DNA of 45,214 nucleotides from Sulfuricaulis sp. (GTDB taxonomy: Bacteria > Pseudomonadota > Gammaproteobacteria > Acidiferrobacterales > Sulfurifustaceae). A model generated the notes under the pieces. That model had not been told where the DNA came from. It was given only the letters and a program-made list of their open reading frames with translations, and did no database searches. How positions within the stretch are numbered: position 1 is the first letter of the stretch; each line of letters begins with the position of its first letter. Shown here piece after piece: positions 42,489-45,214 of the stretch. The translations under genes and the position numbers were made by a program. The stretch spans positions 1-45,214 of the forward strand of contig DATCZH010000145.1 of assembly GCA_036526015.1 (NCBI GenBank), read 5' to 3'.

Positions 42489-44381
42489 TTAGGCGGTTTC
42501 ACGCACAACCGGGACGTCGGGCTTCACATGCCGCAGAATCGTGCGCCGGATTCCGGCCGCATCCAGGCCGCAACTTGCCAACTGGGAATGGTGATCGCCG
42601 TGTTCAACAAAGTGATCGGGCAACCCGAGATTGACCACGCGTGTCCTTATCCCTGCCGTCATGAGATATTCGTTCACCGCGCTGCCAGCACCCCCGGCAA
42701 CGACGTTTTCTTCGATCGTGATGAGCAACTCATGCGAACGCGCCATTAGTTCGACGATTTCCTCATCGAGAGGTTTGACAAATCGCATGTTGACCACGGT
42801 GGCGTCGAAAGCTTCACCGGCCTCGAGGGCGGGTGCAAGCATGCTCCCGAAAGCCAAGAGCGCCACGCGTTTGCCGGAGAGGCGGATCTCCGCCTTGCCG
42901 ATTGGGAACGGCTCCATTTCCGGATCGATCTGAACGCCGGGGCCGCTACCGCGCGGATACCGCACGGACGTGGGTCCATTCAACATGAAGCCCGTGGTGA
43001 GCATGCGGCGGCATTCGTTCTCGTCCGCGGGCGCCATCACCGTCATGTTTGGCAGACAGCGAAGATAAGAAAAATCGAAGCTGCCGGCATGCGTCGCGCC
43101 GTCTGCGCCCACCAGTCCAGCGCGATCAATGGCGAGCAACACCGGCAGGTTTTGCAGGCAAATATCGTGAATCAGCTGGTCGTAACCGCGCTGCAGGAAG
43201 GTGGAGTAAATCGCCACCACCGGCTTCATGCCGTCACAGGCGAGTCCGGCGGCGAACGTCAGGGCGTGCTGTTCAGCGATGCCGACGTCGAAATAACGGT
43301 TTGGGTAGTGCTGCGAAAACTGCACCAGGCCTGAACCCTCGCGCATTGCCGGTGTGATGCCGACAAGACGCACATCACGCGCCGCCATGTCGCATAACCA
43401 ATCACCAAACACCTTCGTATACGTGATGCCCGATGGTTTCTTTTCCATTTTGCCGGTGGCGGGATCGAAAGGCGTCACGCCATGATACACGCAGGGATCG
43501 CCTTCGGCGGGTTCGTAGCCTTTGCCCTTGCGCGTGACCACGTGCAGAAAACGCGGACCCTTAAGATTGCGCAGATTCCTGAGCATGCGAATCATCGCGT
43601 GCAGATTGTGCCCGTCCACGGGTCCGAAATAATTAAATCCCAACTCCTCGAATAGTGTGCTCGGCATCACCATTCCTTTCATATGTTCTTCCACGCGCTT
43701 GGCCAGCTCCCAAACCGGCGGAATGGTGGAAAGCACAGTCTTCGATCCCTCACGCATGTGGGTGTAAACCTTGCCCGAGAGGATACGTGCGAGATAACTT
43801 GACATGGCGCCGACGTTCGGCGAAATGGACATGTCGTTGTCGTTCAGGATCACCAGCAGGTCGGCGTCCATGTTACCGGCGTTGTTGAGCGCCTCGAAGG
43901 CCTGCCCCCCCGACAGCGCGCCATCGCCGATCACGGCCACCACCTGGCGTTTGGTGCCGGTGCGCGCTGCCGCCACTGCCATGCCGAGTGCCGCGCTGAT
44001 CGACGTGCTCGAATGCCCGACACCAAAGGCGTCGTATTCGCTTTCCTCGCGCCGGGGGAAACCGGAAATCCCCCCGGTTTGCCGCAGGGAGGCCATTTGT
44101 TCGCGACGCCCGGTAATAATCTTGTGCGGATAAGTCTGATGACCCACGTCCCACACCAGCCGGTCGACCGGGGTGTTGTAGACATAGTGCAGTGCCAGCG
44201 TGAGTTCCACGGTGCCCAGTCCCGCCGCCAGGTGCCCGCCGGTGCGCGAGACGGAGTCGATCAAGAATGTGCGCATTTCCTGTGCCAGGGGGAGGAGATC
44301 CTCTTCCTTCAGGCGTCGCAAGTCGGCGGGACTGTTGATCGTCTCGAGAAGGGGTTTGGCGCGGGAGGTTTTTTTGGTCAT
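42489..44381 (-). CDS. dxs: 1-deoxy-D-xylulose-5-phosphate synthase
   Basis: [38 protein letters not shown] motif, [27 protein letters not shown]. Confidence 0.97.
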   Translation of the reverse strand: MTKKTSRAKPLLETINSPADLRRLKEEDLLPLAQEMRTFLIDSVSRTGGHLAAGLGTVELTLALHYVYNTPVDRLVWDVGHQTYPHKIITGRREQMASLRQTGGISGFPRREESEYDAFGVGHSSTSISAALGMAVAAARTGTKRQVVAVIGDGALSGGQAFEALNNAGNMDADLLVILNDNDMSISPNVGAMSSYLARILSGKVYTHMREGSKTVLSTIPPVWELAKRVEEHMKGMVMPSTLFEELGFNYFGPVDGHNLHAMIRMLRNLRNLKGPRFLHVVTRKGKGYEPAEGDPCVYHGVTPFDPATGKMEKKPSGITYTKVFGDWLCDMAARDVRLVGITPAMREGSGLVQFSQHYPNRYFDVGIAEQHALTFAAGLACDGMKPVVAIYSTFLQRGYDQLIHDICLQNLPVLLAIDRAGLVGADGATHAGSFDFSYLRCLPNMTVMAPADENECRRMLTTGFMLNGPTSVRYPRGSGPGVQIDPEMEPFPIGKAEIRLSGKRVALLAFGSMLAPALEAGEAFDATVVNMRFVKPLDEEIVELMARSHELLITIEENVVAGGAGSAVNEYLMTAGIRTRVVNLGLPDHFVEHGDHHSQLASCGLDAAGIRRTILRHVKPDVPVVRETA

Positions 44382-45214
44382 TGGCGGCGTTCAATGATGA
44401 ATCCGGCCAGTTCGGCCAACAAACCGCCATTATCCCCCAAAGGCGCGAGGCTTTCGAGGGCCTGCGCATGCAAATCCTGAGCACGGGCCTTGGCCCCCGG
44501 GAGTCCGAGCAACTGGGGATAGGTAAATTTCCCGCGTGCGTGGTCCATGCCGGGATTCTTGCCCAGTGTCTCTTTTTTGCCCTCGACGTCCAGGATATCG
44601 TCGGTGATCTGAAACGCCAAGCCGATGGCATGACTGAACCTTTCCAGCGCCTTTAGCGCGCCGGTCTCCGGATTCTCGCGCGCCTGCGCACCAAGCAAGA
44701 CGGAGGCCCGAATGAGCGCCCCGGTTTTGCGCAGATGCAGGTCTTCGAGCTGGGCCAGGGCCAGTGTTTTGCCGCCGGAAGCGAGATCGATCGCTTGCCC
44801 CCCGGCCATGCCGTGTGAGCCGGCCGCTTGCGCCAACAGTGTGATCATGCGCAGGCGTTGAGCATCGTTGACGGCCAGTGCCGGATCGTTCGCCAGGATT
44901 TCAAAGGCGAGAGACTGCAGAGCGTCACCGGCCAGCAGGGCCGTGGCTTCGTCATAGGCTTTGTGGCAGGTCGGCTTGCCGCGGCGCAGATCATCATCGT
45001 CCATGCAGGGAAGGTCGTCGTGCACCAGCGAATAGGCATGAATCATTTCCACTGCGCAAGCCGGAACGTCAAGCGCTTCATCCGGTGCGTTTACCGCCTG
45101 GCCGGCGGCGTAGACCAGGCTGGCGCGAACGCGCTTCCCACCGCCCAGTGTGGCATAGCGCATCGCTTCGTGCAGGGGGGATGACGGCTCGGTGACGGGC
45201 GGCAATCGCACTTC
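44378..45214 (-). CDS. ispA: Farnesyl diphosphate synthase, 5'-truncated by the window edge
   Basis: [48 protein letters not shown]; frame open to the window end. Confidence 0.95.
   Translation of the reverse strand, partial: EVRLPPVTEPSSPLHEAMRYATLGGGKRVRASLVYAAGQAVNAPDEALDVPACAVEMIHAYSLVHDDLPCMDDDDLRRGKPTCHKAYDEATALLAGDALQSLAFEILANDPALAVNDAQRLRMITLLAQAAGSHGMAGGQAIDLASGGKTLALAQLEDLHLRKTGALIRASVLLGAQARENPETGALKALERFSHAIGLAFQITDDILDVEGKKETLGKNPGMDHARGKFTYPQLLGLPGAKARAQDLHAQALESLAPLGDNGGLLAELAGFIIERRQ

Overview
GC-rich proteobacterial chromosome segment. The gene order mlaFEDCB-ABC-bolA-murA-hisGDCBHAFIE-tatABC-degS(-)-petABC-sspAB and ispA-dxs-folE2 is the conserved beta-/basal gamma-proteobacterial arrangement; the exact taxon cannot be fixed from sequence alone. 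About 1-23.8 kb and 41.6-45.2 kb are housekeeping genes (acs, Mla lipid transport, BolA/GrxD, MurA, histidine biosynthesis, Tat, HtrA protease, cytochrome bc1, SspAB, FolE2, DXS, IspA). The accessory block at about 23.8-41.5 kb holds: a macrodomain protein; an uncharacterised five-gene envelope module (LolA-like protein, two LolC/E-like permeases, LolD-like ATPase, outer-membrane beta-barrel); a hairpin-dense ~400-nt non-coding region; two small membrane proteins; a green-heme-protein-like cytochrome c lacking the distal Cys; a complete nine-gene A/V-type rotary ATPase operon (G/H-C-I-K-F-E-A-B-D); a lipoprotein cytochrome c; tag; and a lipoprotein of unknown function. No tRNA, rRNA, CRISPR array, transposase or integrase was seen. 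All calls rest on motif recognition and synteny by eye; no database search or folding computation was run.
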